From a virus (lineage: Duplodnaviria; Caudoviricetes): DNA of 64,000 nt. The translations under genes were made by a program, and so were the position numbers. The notes under the pieces are model-generated. The model was not told the origin of the DNA. It saw only the letters and a program-made list of their open reading frames with translations, and made no database searches. Numbering within the stretch: the first letter of the stretch is position 1; the number at the start of each line of letters is the position of its first letter. Location of the stretch: positions 201,896 through 265,895 of the IMG/VR virus record IMGVR_UViG_3300032243_000867, one strand, 5' to 3'. This document shows positions 63,818 through 64,000 of this stretch, in pieces.

Positions 63818-64000
63818 TCACTCGACGAGCGCAGCCTCGACTACCTCCCACGGCACCGCGCAACGCACGGCGGCGGCGTCGGCGGCGGAGTCGTCGGCGT
63901 AGTAGGCGGCGCGGGCGGCGGCGCGGGCGTAGACGGCGGCGGCGTCGGCGGCGTCGGCGGCGTCGTAGTAGGCGGCGCGGGCGGCGGCGTGGGAGGCGGC
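63818..64000 (-). CDS. Ala-rich low-complexity protein, 5'-partial
   Basis: Manual translation ...AASHAAARAAYYDAADAADAAAVYARAAARAAYYADDSAADAAAVRCAVPWEVVEAALVE-stop. Confidence 0.65.
   Translation of the reverse strand, partial: AASHAAARAAYYDAADAADAAAVYARAAARAAYYADDSAADAAAVRCAVPWEVVEAALVE

Noticed and set aside
1-64000. A complete DGR cassette (RT, Avd, template repeat) inside the window
   Set aside because: No ORF shows RT motifs (YxDD with upstream QG), and no repeat copy keeps all AAC codons
1-64000. Alternative genetic code (stop-codon reassignment)
   Set aside because: Very long ORFs are intact under the standard code, and TAA, TAG and TGA all end well-supported genes

Overview
This 64-kb, high-GC window looks like part of a large contractile-tailed (myovirus-like) bacteriophage genome. 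No capsid, terminase, integrase or reverse transcriptase gene is visible. Two virion blocks converge: 879-23260 on + (gp25-like, baseplate-J-like, wedge, collar and large tail proteins) and 34391-48672 on - (including a 3560-aa protein). The + block is interrupted by a GIY-YIG/NUMOD3 homing endonuclease, an RHH+TnpB element and a PIN-PhoH gene. Between the blocks lies an accessory island: RelA/SpoT-like nucleotidyltransferase, neck-like protein, ParB-like proteins, SNase, histone-like protein, two DNA methyltransferases and dCTP deaminase. From 48674 to 64000 are small accessory genes, many preceded by GGGCGTAA, plus an ECF-like sigma factor. The main finding is a split DGR-type system. An FGE-sulfatase/C-type-lectin-fold gene (62035-62868) stops right after GNVWEW and so lacks the C-terminal RGGSW...GFR variable region. 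That missing segment is encoded separately by 15 mini-ORFs of 48-72 aa at four loci, most joined by ATGA/GTGA overlaps. Their variable codons collapse onto adenines of an AAC-rich template, the signature of DGR mutagenic retrohoming, yet neither the template nor an RT is in the window. Family assignments come from motif recognition by eye, not database searches.
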